A stretch of DNA of 64,000 nucleotides from an uncultured Desulfovibrionaceae bacterium. GTDB taxonomy: Bacteria; Desulfobacterota; Desulfovibrionia; Desulfovibrionales; Desulfovibrionaceae. The first letter of the stretch is position 1. Each line of letters opens with the position of its first letter. Positions 39,995 to 48,926 of this stretch are shown piece by piece. Where the stretch lies: contig CAYJIN010000002.1 in NCBI GenBank assembly GCA_964370245.1, positions 841-64,840 on the forward strand, given 5' to 3'. The position numbers and the translations under genes are program-made. Below the pieces are notes generated by a model. The model ran no database searches and was not told where the DNA came from. It worked only from the letters and a program-made list of their open reading frames with translations.

Positions 39995-41350
39995 TTAAGC
40001 TTTTATGTCTAAAGCTTCTTGAAGCTCAGCAGCTAATTTTTGAACAGGTGGAATAAGTGAAATGTGGCGAACTTCACCATCAATCATAATTGAAGGAAGG
40101 TTTGCTAAGCCAACTTTAGTGATGTAAGCAAGAGTTTCTTTATACATAATTGAACGCTCAACAACTTTAACTTTATCACCAAAGCCTTTAGCTGCATCAT
40201 TTGCTGCTGCAACCATGTAACCACAAGCAGCACATGTTTGTGAATCAATTGTGATAACTTCTAAAGTTACATAATCATTCGCTTTGAAATCAGGAATTTC
40301 AACATCAGGAAGATCTGAAACTGCAACATAGCTTTCTAAAGCTTTACGCACTGCTTCAGTATTGTGAACTGCTTGACCAACACCAGCAACGTTTGCAGCA
40401 GGTGCATCAAATGGAACGTCACAACCAGGTGCAAGAATGAAGTTCTTTTTACCCATTTTATCCATCAATTCGATAGCTTCTTTTTGGTTATCTTGTTGTG
40501 TGCCAAGAAGCATTGTAATTGTAAGCTGTAAGTTACCTGACATTACGATATTGTAAGCATCAGTAATTTTTTTAGCTTCAACGATGTTTACGTTTTCATC
40601 GATAGCAATACATGATGGTTTTGTTTTACACATAGGTTCGATATTTTTAGTTGCATCACCACATACGAAGAATGATGAAGGAATGCCTAAATCTTCAATT
40701 GTTTTGAAGAGTCTTGAATATGAATCGTGTAAGAAAGTTTCAAACATATCAGGTGAAATTTGTGATACGAGTGGATCAACCGCTGCAATAATATCACAAC
40801 CAGCTTCAATGTAGTATTTTGCTAAATCAATAACAACATCTGTGCAGTATTCAACTAAAGCTTTAACTTCATCTTCGCTATCATACATATCCATGAAGAT
40901 ACCTGTTCCGCGTAAGTGAGAAGCTAATGTGAAAGGCCCACAAACTAAACCATACATTGCAATTTCAGGTTTAGCAGCTTTGAAGCGTTTCATAACGTCC
41001 ATAATTAATGGAATACGGCCGTCTGTTTTTTGTAATTTTTGTGTAGGAATTGTAAATTCGTTTGAAAGAGGGTGTGTGCAAACTGTTGGAGGTGTGTTTT
41101 TATACCATGTTAAGTCACAACCTAAGATTTCAGCTTCAACCTGTAAATCAAAGATTGCTGGCATACCATCAGCTTGATAGTCATCAGCTGCTTGTAAAAG
41201 ACACTCTAAGTATTTGTCTGCATTTTGGAACATTTCATCAGCTGCATAACCTTTTAAGTTAGCAATTTGTGAACCTGTATATGGAACCCAAGGTGTACGT
41301 GCAACATCTTTACCTTGTAAAACGTCCATAATAATCTGTTTACCTGTCAT
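39995..41350 (-). CDS. URO-D-family methyltransferase fused to a C-terminal thioredoxin-like (CxxC) domain
   Basis: The N-terminal 340 aa or so are URO-D/MtaA-like (DVARTPWVPYTG, FDLQVEAEILG, APGCDVP). The C-terminal 95 aa or so resemble small redox-active disulfide proteins (TCAACGYM...LPSIMIDGEV). Confidence 0.7.
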   Translation of the reverse strand: MTGKQIIMDVLQGKDVARTPWVPYTGSQIANLKGYAADEMFQNADKYLECLLQAADDYQADGMPAIFDLQVEAEILGCDLTWYKNTPPTVCTHPLSNEFTIPTQKLQKTDGRIPLIMDVMKRFKAAKPEIAMYGLVCGPFTLASHLRGTGIFMDMYDSEDEVKALVEYCTDVVIDLAKYYIEAGCDIIAAVDPLVSQISPDMFETFLHDSYSRLFKTIEDLGIPSSFFVCGDATKNIEPMCKTKPSCIAIDENVNIVEAKKITDAYNIVMSGNLQLTITMLLGTQQDNQKEAIELMDKMGKKNFILAPGCDVPFDAPAANVAGVGQAVHNTEAVRKALESYVAVSDLPDVEIPDFKANDYVTLEVITIDSQTCAACGYMVAAANDAAKGFGDKVKVVERSIMYKETLAYITKVGLANLPSIMIDGEVRHISLIPPVQKLAAELQEALDIKA

Positions 41351-41768
41351 AATTAACTCCTAATATTATAATTTACTGCTGCTATCGATTGAAAATAACA
41401 ACTAGCCAGGTTTCATCATAAATATTGAGATTATAAAATTTCTTTTCTTCATTTGGAAAGAAAAGAAAATAATCAAAACAATTATGAAAATTTGTACTTA
41501 CATCTTGTAAGATTTTCTTTTTGACTAATTGTGCTTCTTTATAAAATTTGAATTTTATCTTTTAGTGACTTTAAAATTTTTCATCAAACAGTAATTAGAT
41601 TGAAAAAATATACAATAAAATATATTACATTAGGGATACATGAATTGCTGCTATTTGTCAATAAATCTTAGTGAACTTTTCAAAATAAATTTACATAAAT
41701 CTTTGTGCATTCAGGCACTTAGAGAAGAACAAATCTAAATCCTTCATGCACAAAGATAATAATTCAAA

Positions 41769-42758
41769 CTATTTTAAAGCTTCAACAACTTTATCAACAA
41801 CTTCTTTACCGCCTACGAATTCGTAGTTTTTCGGCCAGATTTCGTCAATAGCAATTTGTTTCCATACTTGTTCATCTTCTAATTCAAAAACTTCAACGCC
41901 GCCAGCTTCCATAACAGCTCTAGCTTTTGCAGCATTTTCATTTTCCCAATCAAGAACATGCATTTGTGCAGCTAATGATGCATCTAACACGATTTGTTGA
42001 AGATCAGCTGGATAGCTTTGGAAGTTTTTCTCACCAATAAAACATGGTAAAAGTGAATATTGGTAGTGAACTTCAGTGAGGTAATCTTGAACTTCTTGGA
42101 ATTTCATAGTTGCGTTTACAACATATGGATTATCTTGCCCATCAACAACGCCTTGTTGCAAAGCAGTAAATGTTTCTGCCCATGCCATAGGAATTGGGTT
42201 TGCGCCCCAAGCTGAATATGTATCAACAAATACAGGGTTGTTAGGAACGCGGATTTTCAATCCTTTAATATCATTGATATTTTTTACAGGACGTTTTGAG
42301 TTTGTAAGATATCTATAGTTAGCATATGCATAACCTAAAATTCTTATGCCACCCTTTTCAATTGACATATTATTAAAGAAGTCAAACATTTCACCTGTTG
42401 TAGCTTTTACAACAGCTTCATCATTTTCCATCAAATAAGGCAATGTGAGTGTAGCTAAACCAGAAACGAAAGGAACAGCATTACCAATACCGATAACGCA
42501 CATATCAAGTGAACCACGGCGAACGTTTTGAAGCATTTCTGTTTCGTCACCTAAAGAAGAGTTTGGAAACAACTCAACAGTAACTTTACCGTTAGTTTCA
42601 GCTTCAACAATTTCTTTAAATTTTTTGCCGTATTCGCCAGAGCCTGAATCAATAGGATCACCGAGACCCATTTTGATTACGTCTTTTGCTAATGCATCAC
42701 CAGCACCAAGTGTAAGGCATACACCAAGAAGTGCACATGTAAAAAACTTTTTGAACAT
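41769..42758 (-). CDS. TRAP transporter solute-binding protein (DctP family), no DctQ/DctM partner nearby
   Basis: 329-aa ORF with a signal peptide (MFKKFFTCALLGVCLTLGAGDALA) and DctP-like sequence. AAGAGG RBS. Confidence 0.8.
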   Translation of the reverse strand: MFKKFFTCALLGVCLTLGAGDALAKDVIKMGLGDPIDSGSGEYGKKFKEIVEAETNGKVTVELFPNSSLGDETEMLQNVRRGSLDMCVIGIGNAVPFVSGLATLTLPYLMENDEAVVKATTGEMFDFFNNMSIEKGGIRILGYAYANYRYLTNSKRPVKNINDIKGLKIRVPNNPVFVDTYSAWGANPIPMAWAETFTALQQGVVDGQDNPYVVNATMKFQEVQDYLTEVHYQYSLLPCFIGEKNFQSYPADLQQIVLDASLAAQMHVLDWENENAAKARAVMEAGGVEVFELEDEQVWKQIAIDEIWPKNYEFVGGKEVVDKVVEALK

Positions 42759-42997
42759 AGATAACCTCTTTATAAAAAATATAAAAGAAGTAAATGTCGT
42801 TTGTCTACAATAGTCTTTTTTTTTGCTTTTGTTATAGACTAGACAAAATAATGTTTATTGTCAATAGTTTTATGCTAAATAAATTCATTTATTTCATTTA
42901 GAAATTTTAAGTAAGTTATAAAGCGGAAAAAACCCTAGATTGAGTATTCAACCAATTTTTCAACAATTGTGAAATAAGTAACTTGACTTTTTAATTT

Positions 42998-43038
42998 AAT
43001 TATTACTTTTTGGTAGCTTATACAAAAAAGTAATAATT
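42998..43038. repeat. perfect 14-bp inverted repeat with 13-nt spacer
   Basis: AATTATTACTTTTT (42998-43011) pairs with AAAAAGTAATAATT (43025-43038), in the divergent dctP / BCCT-1 intergenic region. Confidence 0.9.
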
Positions 43039-43383
43039 ATTTCTTTATAACTTATTGACATTAAAATAAAATAATGCGATAGTCACTTTAAAAGAAATAA
43101 GTATCTACTGTCTACAATACTTTTGCTTTACTTTATTACAATAATAATATTTCATTTTTTATGATTACCTTTATTAATGTCAATAAAGACGTGCCTTACT
43201 CCCCTACATATAAATGTTTTTTTCATTTATATCGTAATAATCTGCTTGTTGATTATTATTGCTAAAATGTTCACTGCAACCTAAATTACTAAATGTATCC
43301 CTTTGATATATCCCAAATATATATCTATATATTTACTAATTTAGTTTCTCGGAAATTCTAACAATTGAGGCTGGAGTTTTACT

Positions 43384-44919
43384 ATGGAACAGAAAATTGA
43401 AAATCCCCAAGAAGGGAAATTAGATTACTTTTTATTTATTACAACATTTTTACTTATCGCTTCAGGCATTGTTTGGGGCGTTATTGACAACAGTGCGTTC
43501 GTTAAATATCTCACTGTAGCAAGAGATTTTATTACAACAAAATTTGCTTGGTTTATGATTATAGCAATCAACACCTTTTTAGGTGTTCTCTTTTATCTAG
43601 CATTTAGTCGCCATGGCGATAAAAAACTTGGTAAAAAAGATGATAAACCTGAATTCAGCACTTTTAGCTGGATTGCTTTATTGTTTGGTTGCGGTATTGG
43701 CGCTGGTTATTGCTTCTGGCCAATTGGCGAACCTTTATGGCATTATTTCTCGTCACCATACATCACAGAATCACAAACACCAGAAGCTCTTACTTCTGCA
43801 CGTGGTATAGCATTATTCCACTGGGGTTTCCACCTCTGGACATTATGGTGTATCGCTGGTTTAGCAATTGCCTACCCTGCTTTTAGATTAAATAAGCCTA
43901 TGACAATTTCAGTCGCGCTTTACGGCATGTTAGGCGACAGAGTTTACACTTCTTTCTGGGGAAGAATTGCAGAACTTTGTGGTGCTTTTGCTGCGCTTAC
44001 AGGTGTTTCTGCTGCTCTTGGTCTTGGTTTATTACTATTCACTGCTGGGCTAAGAACTATTTTTGGTTTAGAAGTTGGCGTAATGGGTCAAATTATCATC
44101 ATGGCTGTTATTATTGTTATTTATACAACAGCAGCTTGGACAGGCTTAGATAAAGGTATTAAATTCCTTGGCGATTCTAATGCTTGGATTTGTATTACTT
44201 GGTTCGTTGCTATCCTCTTATTAGGCCCAACTTCACACTTACTTGATGGTATGGTTGAAACATGGTCATTCTATTTGAGCAATATGCTTGAAATGTCAAC
44301 ATTCACTGATTCAGCTGGTGAAACAAACAACTGGTCAGGTAGCTGGACATTATTCTATTATCTCTGGAACACAGCATGGGCACCTTTTGTTGGTGGCTTT
44401 ATTGCACGTATTTCACGTGGTAGAACAATTCGTGAATATATCTTAGGCGTTCTCTTCATTCCTGTTATTATTACTTTCATCTGGTTTGGTGTATTAGGAA
44501 CAGCTGCTCAATACGTTGAATTAAACCAAATTACAAATCTCTGGGAACAAGTTCAAGCTGAACCAGCAATGGGTATTTATGCTGTTATCGATGCACTTGG
44601 TGGCGGAACAATCTTAAAAATTATTGTTTTCCTTAGCGTTGGTGGTTTCTTAGTAACTTCTGCTGATTCTGCTGCATTCTTTGTTGCAATGCAAATGAAT
44701 AGAGGTACTTTAGATCCTAGCAAATTACAAATGCTTTTCTGGTCAATTCTTATTGGTGCTTTGGCAATTGTTTTACAATCTGTCGGCGGTATTACAGGAA
44801 TTCAACTAGCAGGCGTTATTGCAGGTGCACCGTTTATTGTGATTATGTGCTTCATGGTTTACTCTTTCTTCAAGCTTCTCGCAAAAGAAGAACGTGAACA
44901 AGCCGATAACAACAACTAA
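43384..44919 (+). CDS. BCCT-family (betaine/carnitine/choline-type) transporter, copy 1
   Basis: 511-aa polytopic ORF with the BCCT signature WTLFYYLWNTAWAPFVGGFIARISRGRTIREY. GAGG/GGAG RBS. Confidence 0.9.
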   Translation: MEQKIENPQEGKLDYFLFITTFLLIASGIVWGVIDNSAFVKYLTVARDFITTKFAWFMIIAINTFLGVLFYLAFSRHGDKKLGKKDDKPEFSTFSWIALLFGCGIGAGYCFWPIGEPLWHYFSSPYITESQTPEALTSARGIALFHWGFHLWTLWCIAGLAIAYPAFRLNKPMTISVALYGMLGDRVYTSFWGRIAELCGAFAALTGVSAALGLGLLLFTAGLRTIFGLEVGVMGQIIIMAVIIVIYTTAAWTGLDKGIKFLGDSNAWICITWFVAILLLGPTSHLLDGMVETWSFYLSNMLEMSTFTDSAGETNNWSGSWTLFYYLWNTAWAPFVGGFIARISRGRTIREYILGVLFIPVIITFIWFGVLGTAAQYVELNQITNLWEQVQAEPAMGIYAVIDALGGGTILKIIVFLSVGGFLVTSADSAAFFVAMQMNRGTLDPSKLQMLFWSILIGALAIVLQSVGGITGIQLAGVIAGAPFIVIMCFMVYSFFKLLAKEEREQADNNN

Positions 44920-44957
44920 TTATTGAAATTTACTTTAGCGAAAAAAATCACAAGCTT

Positions 44958-44996
44958 AGAGAGGGTGTAAAACAAAATTTACATCCTCTCTTTTTT
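44958..44996 (+). terminator. rho-independent terminator after BCCT-1
   Basis: AGAGAGGGTGTAAA pairs with TTTACATCCTCTCT (14 bp including one G-U), followed by T5. Confidence 0.88.
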
Positions 44997-45435
44997 ATGC
45001 ATAAATTTCCTTCTAAAATGTAGAATATTTGTTTGCCTCTGAACAGTCTAGCATTAAACTATGTTATTACTTATTATTTAATAATTCATTGACCAATCAA
45101 CCAATTATTTTGTTTAAATATTTGAAAAGTCAATAAAATGTCTTGACTAATTTATATTATTATGGCATTACTATACATAAATATTTGGTTGGAAAAAGTG
45201 TTTTAACCTTTTCAACCAAAAAAATAAAAGGAGTAACTGTCGACAATCAACAATAATTTTTTTGCTGCTTTTTATTTTCCTTCACAAAATTAATAAAGAA
45301 AAAAATATGATGACCAAACATCATAATAATCTTTATAATGAATAGTTAAACTGTTGATTTTTTTTCTAATAGCTTAACTACTTAGTATGAGGCGCTTTTT
45401 GTGAAAAAATTCTAAAGTTTATGGAGTATTTATTT

Positions 45436-46866
45436 ATGTTTCCAATGAGTAAAATCAAATTAATTGACAAAGAAACCATTGAAAAAATTCACGAAGGAAC
45501 TTGCGAAGTTCTTGAAAAAGCTGGCGTTAACTTTCACCACGAAAGCGCACAGAAAATTTTTAAAGATGCTGGCTGTACAGTAGACGGCTGTAACGTAAAA
45601 ATTCCTAGAAATGTTTTTGAAAAAGCTCTTAGTCAAACTCCTTCTTCATTCACAATGCATGGTATAGATCCAAAATATACTTTTGTAGTTGGTGAAGGCC
45701 AAGAAAGAATTCACACAGATCCTAACTTTGGTACTATTATTATTCATGAGCACGGCAAAGGCTATCGTGAACCAACCATGGAAGATTTAGCAATTAACAA
45801 TAAACTTCTTCAAGCAAGTGAAATTGTTGATATTGCTGGCGGTATTCCAGTTGAATGTACTGACGTTCCTACAGTTGGCCGTCACTTGCACTACTTCCGT
45901 GAGATTTTACGTCACACAACTAAACCTTTCCGTTCATATGTTGAAAGCTATGAAAATTTACAAGAAATGTTCACCATGTTTGAAATGGTTCAAGGCACAA
46001 AAGGCTATCTTGATAACCACACATGTATGTTCGTTTCAATCAACCCATTAAGCCCATTAGCTTATGACAGCCACCCAGCACAAACACTTATTGCTATGGC
46101 TGAAAAACACCAAGCAGTTTGTACTTTAACTGCTGCTATTTCAGGCTTCACATCACCAATGAGTATCCTCGGTACTGCTGTTATGCAAAATGCTGAAATG
46201 CTTGCTGGTAATACACTTATGCAATTAGTAAACCCAGGTGCTCCTTACATGTTAGGACCAGCATCAGCTCGTCCAGATATGCGCACAGGTTTATATGCTA
46301 ACGGTTCACCAGAAGCTAACCTTATTAATATTTCAAGCATGCAAGTTGCTAAAGAACTTTACAACATCCCAACCCGTACAATGGCTGGTTTGACAGATGC
46401 TAAAGTTACTGATGCTCAAGCTGGTATGGAAACAATGCAAACTCTTATGACTGCAATGCTTGGTGGCGCTGACGTTATCCACGGTTGTATGGCATCAATG
46501 GATAGCTTAAACCTTACTTCATTTGAAAAATTTGTAATTTCTGAAGAAGCATTCTCACGTGTAATGCGTACCCAAAAAGGTATTTATAACTACGATACTG
46601 ATTTATCAGTTCAAGAAATTATTGATACTAAACCAGCTGGTACATACATGATGAACGATGCTACCCTCCTTAACTGCTCTGATACATGGCGCCCAATTGT
46701 TTCTTCACAAGAACCTTTCGCAATCTGGAAAGATGGTGGTGAAAAAACTATCGTTGATCGTGCACTTGCAAAATGGAAACAAATGCTTGCTGATGCTCCT
46801 GAAATGCAAATTTCAAAAGCTCTTGATGATGAGCTTGGCGCTTACATCAAAAAATGCGGTTACTAA
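45436..46866 (+). CDS. MttB-superfamily methyltransferase without in-frame amber codon (non-Pyl; quaternary-amine:corrinoid methyltransferase-like)
   Basis: About 476-aa ORF with an MttB-type N-terminus (LIDKETIEKIHEGTCEVLEKAGVNFHH...AGCTVDG) and an uninterrupted frame. The start is taken at the ATG 9 nt after GGAG; the track ORF starts at 45421. Confidence 0.85.
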   Translation: MFPMSKIKLIDKETIEKIHEGTCEVLEKAGVNFHHESAQKIFKDAGCTVDGCNVKIPRNVFEKALSQTPSSFTMHGIDPKYTFVVGEGQERIHTDPNFGTIIIHEHGKGYREPTMEDLAINNKLLQASEIVDIAGGIPVECTDVPTVGRHLHYFREILRHTTKPFRSYVESYENLQEMFTMFEMVQGTKGYLDNHTCMFVSINPLSPLAYDSHPAQTLIAMAEKHQAVCTLTAAISGFTSPMSILGTAVMQNAEMLAGNTLMQLVNPGAPYMLGPASARPDMRTGLYANGSPEANLINISSMQVAKELYNIPTRTMAGLTDAKVTDAQAGMETMQTLMTAMLGGADVIHGCMASMDSLNLTSFEKFVISEEAFSRVMRTQKGIYNYDTDLSVQEIIDTKPAGTYMMNDATLLNCSDTWRPIVSSQEPFAIWKDGGEKTIVDRALAKWKQMLADAPEMQISKALDDELGAYIKKCGY

Positions 46867-47177
46867 AACCAGTTTTTCTAACTAGTTTTATTCAGTAAAA
46901 TTCCTTTTTCGAATTTTGGATATAGTATTTATCCAAAAACTCTATACTTATATTCAAAATTCGATAAGGGTTTGAAATAATCACACAAAAATAATTATCA
47001 AAGTAGTAATCTAAAGGGGGGATTTATCTCTATCTTATACTATGTGATAAATCCTGATTATTAATGTATTGTAATTTAATTATTTTCGAATAACTTCCTT
47101 ATTTAATTCTCTTATTTGAATATAAAAAAATTATAATATCCTTTGATAGTATTTTATATAACTTTCGGAGGGGCTTT

Positions 47178-48719
47178 ATGAATAGTTCAGATGAAAACAT
47201 GCAAGAAGGGAAAATAGATTATTTTCTATTTATCACAACCTTCTTACTCATCGGTGCTGGTATTGTTTGGGGATTAGTTGATAACGCGAGCTTTGTTGCA
47301 CGCCTTAGCGTTGTGAGAGATTTTTTAACTGGTAACTTTGGTTGGTTTATGATTATCATGATCAACCTCTTCATAGGTATCTTGTTTTACTGTGCATTTA
47401 GTAAACATGGTTTAAAGAAATTAGGTAAAAAAGACGATAAACCTGAATTCTCTACTTTCAGCTGGATTGCTTTATTATTCGGTTGTGGTATTGGTGCTGG
47501 TTACATTTTCTGGCCTATAGGCGAACCATTATGGCACTATTACAGCACACCTTACCTTGCTGCTTCAGAAACACCAGAAGCTTTATTAGTGGCACGTGCA
47601 ATTTCACTTTTCCACTGGGGCTTCCACCAATGGGCTATTTTCTGTATAGCTGGTTTATTTATTGCTTACCCTGCTTTCAAACTTGGTAAACCAATGACTG
47701 TTTCAGTTGCTTTATACGGAATTATGGGTGATAGAGTTTATACATCTTTCTGGGGCCGTTTAGCTGAATTATGTGGTGCATTCGCTGCGCTAACAGGTGT
47801 TGCTGCTGCTCTTGGTTTAGGTTTATTACTTTTCACCGCTGGTCTAAAAGCTATTTTCGGTATTGAAGTTGAGCTTATGGGTCAAGTTATTATCATGCTT
47901 GTTGTTATTGCAGTTTACACAGCTGCAGCATGGACAGGCCTTGATAAAGGTATCAAATTCCTTGGCGATTCAAACGCTTGGATTTGTATTGTTTGGTTCG
48001 TAGCTATCTTAGTTTTAGGTCCTACAGCTCATCTTTTAGATGGTATGGTTGACACATGGGGCGCTTACTTCCAAGCACTTCCAACTATGACTTTCTTTGC
48101 TGATGCTGATAAATCATCTAACAACTGGCCTGCAAGCTGGACAGTATTCTACTATCTCTGGAACACTGCATGGGCACCTTTCGTTGGTGGCTTCATTGCA
48201 CGTATTTCACGTGGTAGAACAATTCGTGAATACATCTTTGGTGTTCTCTTCATTCCTGTAGCAGTTGCTTTTGTTTGGTTCGGTATCCTTGGAACAGCAG
48301 CTCAATATGTTGATCAAAACCAAATCGTAAACATTTGGGAACAAGTTCAAGCGCAACCTGCTTTAGGTATCTATGCTGTTGTTGATGCAATTGGTGGTGG
48401 TACAATCATTAAATTGATCGTATTCTTATCAGTTGGTGGCTTCCTTGTAACATCTGCTGATGCGGCTGCATTCTTCGTTGCTATGCAAATGAACCGTGGT
48501 ACATTACACCCTAGCAAAATGCAAATGTTATTCTGGTCATTCATGCTTGGTGGTCTTGCAATCGTGCTTCAATCTGTTGGTGGTATTGGCGGTATTCAAC
48601 TTGCTGGTGTTATCTCAGGCGCACCATTCATGATTATTATGTGCTTTATGATTTACTCTTTCTTCAAACTTCTCTTCCAAGCTGATGCTGAAGAAGAAGC
48701 TGAAAAAGCAGGGAAATAA
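47178..48719 (+). CDS. BCCT-family transporter, copy 2 (close paralog of copy 1)
   Basis: 513-aa ORF, colinear and mostly identical at protein level to 43384..44919 but diverged at many synonymous sites. GGAGG RBS. Confidence 0.9.
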   Translation: MNSSDENMQEGKIDYFLFITTFLLIGAGIVWGLVDNASFVARLSVVRDFLTGNFGWFMIIMINLFIGILFYCAFSKHGLKKLGKKDDKPEFSTFSWIALLFGCGIGAGYIFWPIGEPLWHYYSTPYLAASETPEALLVARAISLFHWGFHQWAIFCIAGLFIAYPAFKLGKPMTVSVALYGIMGDRVYTSFWGRLAELCGAFAALTGVAAALGLGLLLFTAGLKAIFGIEVELMGQVIIMLVVIAVYTAAAWTGLDKGIKFLGDSNAWICIVWFVAILVLGPTAHLLDGMVDTWGAYFQALPTMTFFADADKSSNNWPASWTVFYYLWNTAWAPFVGGFIARISRGRTIREYIFGVLFIPVAVAFVWFGILGTAAQYVDQNQIVNIWEQVQAQPALGIYAVVDAIGGGTIIKLIVFLSVGGFLVTSADAAAFFVAMQMNRGTLHPSKMQMLFWSFMLGGLAIVLQSVGGIGGIQLAGVISGAPFMIIMCFMIYSFFKLLFQADAEEEAEKAGK

Positions 48720-48735
48720 CAATTAAATAATGAAT

Positions 48736-48780
48736 AAATAGTGAATAGAATTATTATACTTCTATTTACTATTTATTTAG
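48736..48780 (+). terminator. terminator hairpin after BCCT-2
   Basis: AAATAGTGAATAGAA (48736-48750) pairs with TTCTATTTACTATTT (48760-48774), 15 bp including one G-U, followed by ATTTA. Confidence 0.7.
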
Positions 48781-48846
48781 AAATAACCACTTGATTTACT
48801 TATGTTATATTGAATAAAACTTTTAGTGAAATAAGCCATTTTTTGG

Positions 48847-48875
48847 TTGACTTGAAATAAAATTTTGCATACAAT
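48847..48875 (+). promoter_or_regulatory. near-consensus sigma70 promoter for the MtmB-like gene
   Basis: TTGACT (48847-48852), a 17-nt spacer, then TACAAT (48870-48875). A GAGGAG RBS precedes ATG 48927. Confidence 0.6.
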
Positions 48876-48926
48876 TATAACAATTTCCACACCAACAATT
48901 TAACCATTCTCGAGGAGAATATTTTT

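Noticed and set aside
42802-43118. Repeated 11-mer TGTCTACAATA (42802-42812 and 43109-43119, with variants at 30865-30875 and 45238-45248) as a stand-alone operator motif
   Set aside because: By a rough count, exact 11-mer repeats are expected many times by chance across 64 kb of AT-rich DNA. Only the co-location in island leaders is suggestive, so it is folded into the leader-block finding rather than called as a binding site.
43161-43265. 34-codon ORF (MITFINVNKDVPYSPTYKCFFHLYRNNLLVDYYC) in the BCCT-1 leader
   Set aside because: It has no RBS and no conservation signal that I can assess. It overlaps the inverted ATTGACATTAA copy and the AATAATC/GATTATT stem, so it is probably non-coding.
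42759-43383. Possible cobalamin riboswitch in the long leaders of the island (also 44920-45435, 46867-47177 and 36787-37190)
   Set aside because: I could not find a B12-box-like GC-rich core (the GCCACTG-type element) or the multi-stem GC-rich architecture in these very AT-rich spacers. A covariance-model scan is still needed to exclude it.
45307-45345. 12-codon ORF (MMTKHHNNLYNE) in the MttB-like leader as a leader peptide
   Set aside because: No RBS lies within range (the AAGGAG at 45228-45233 is about 75 nt upstream). It remains possible but is unsupported.
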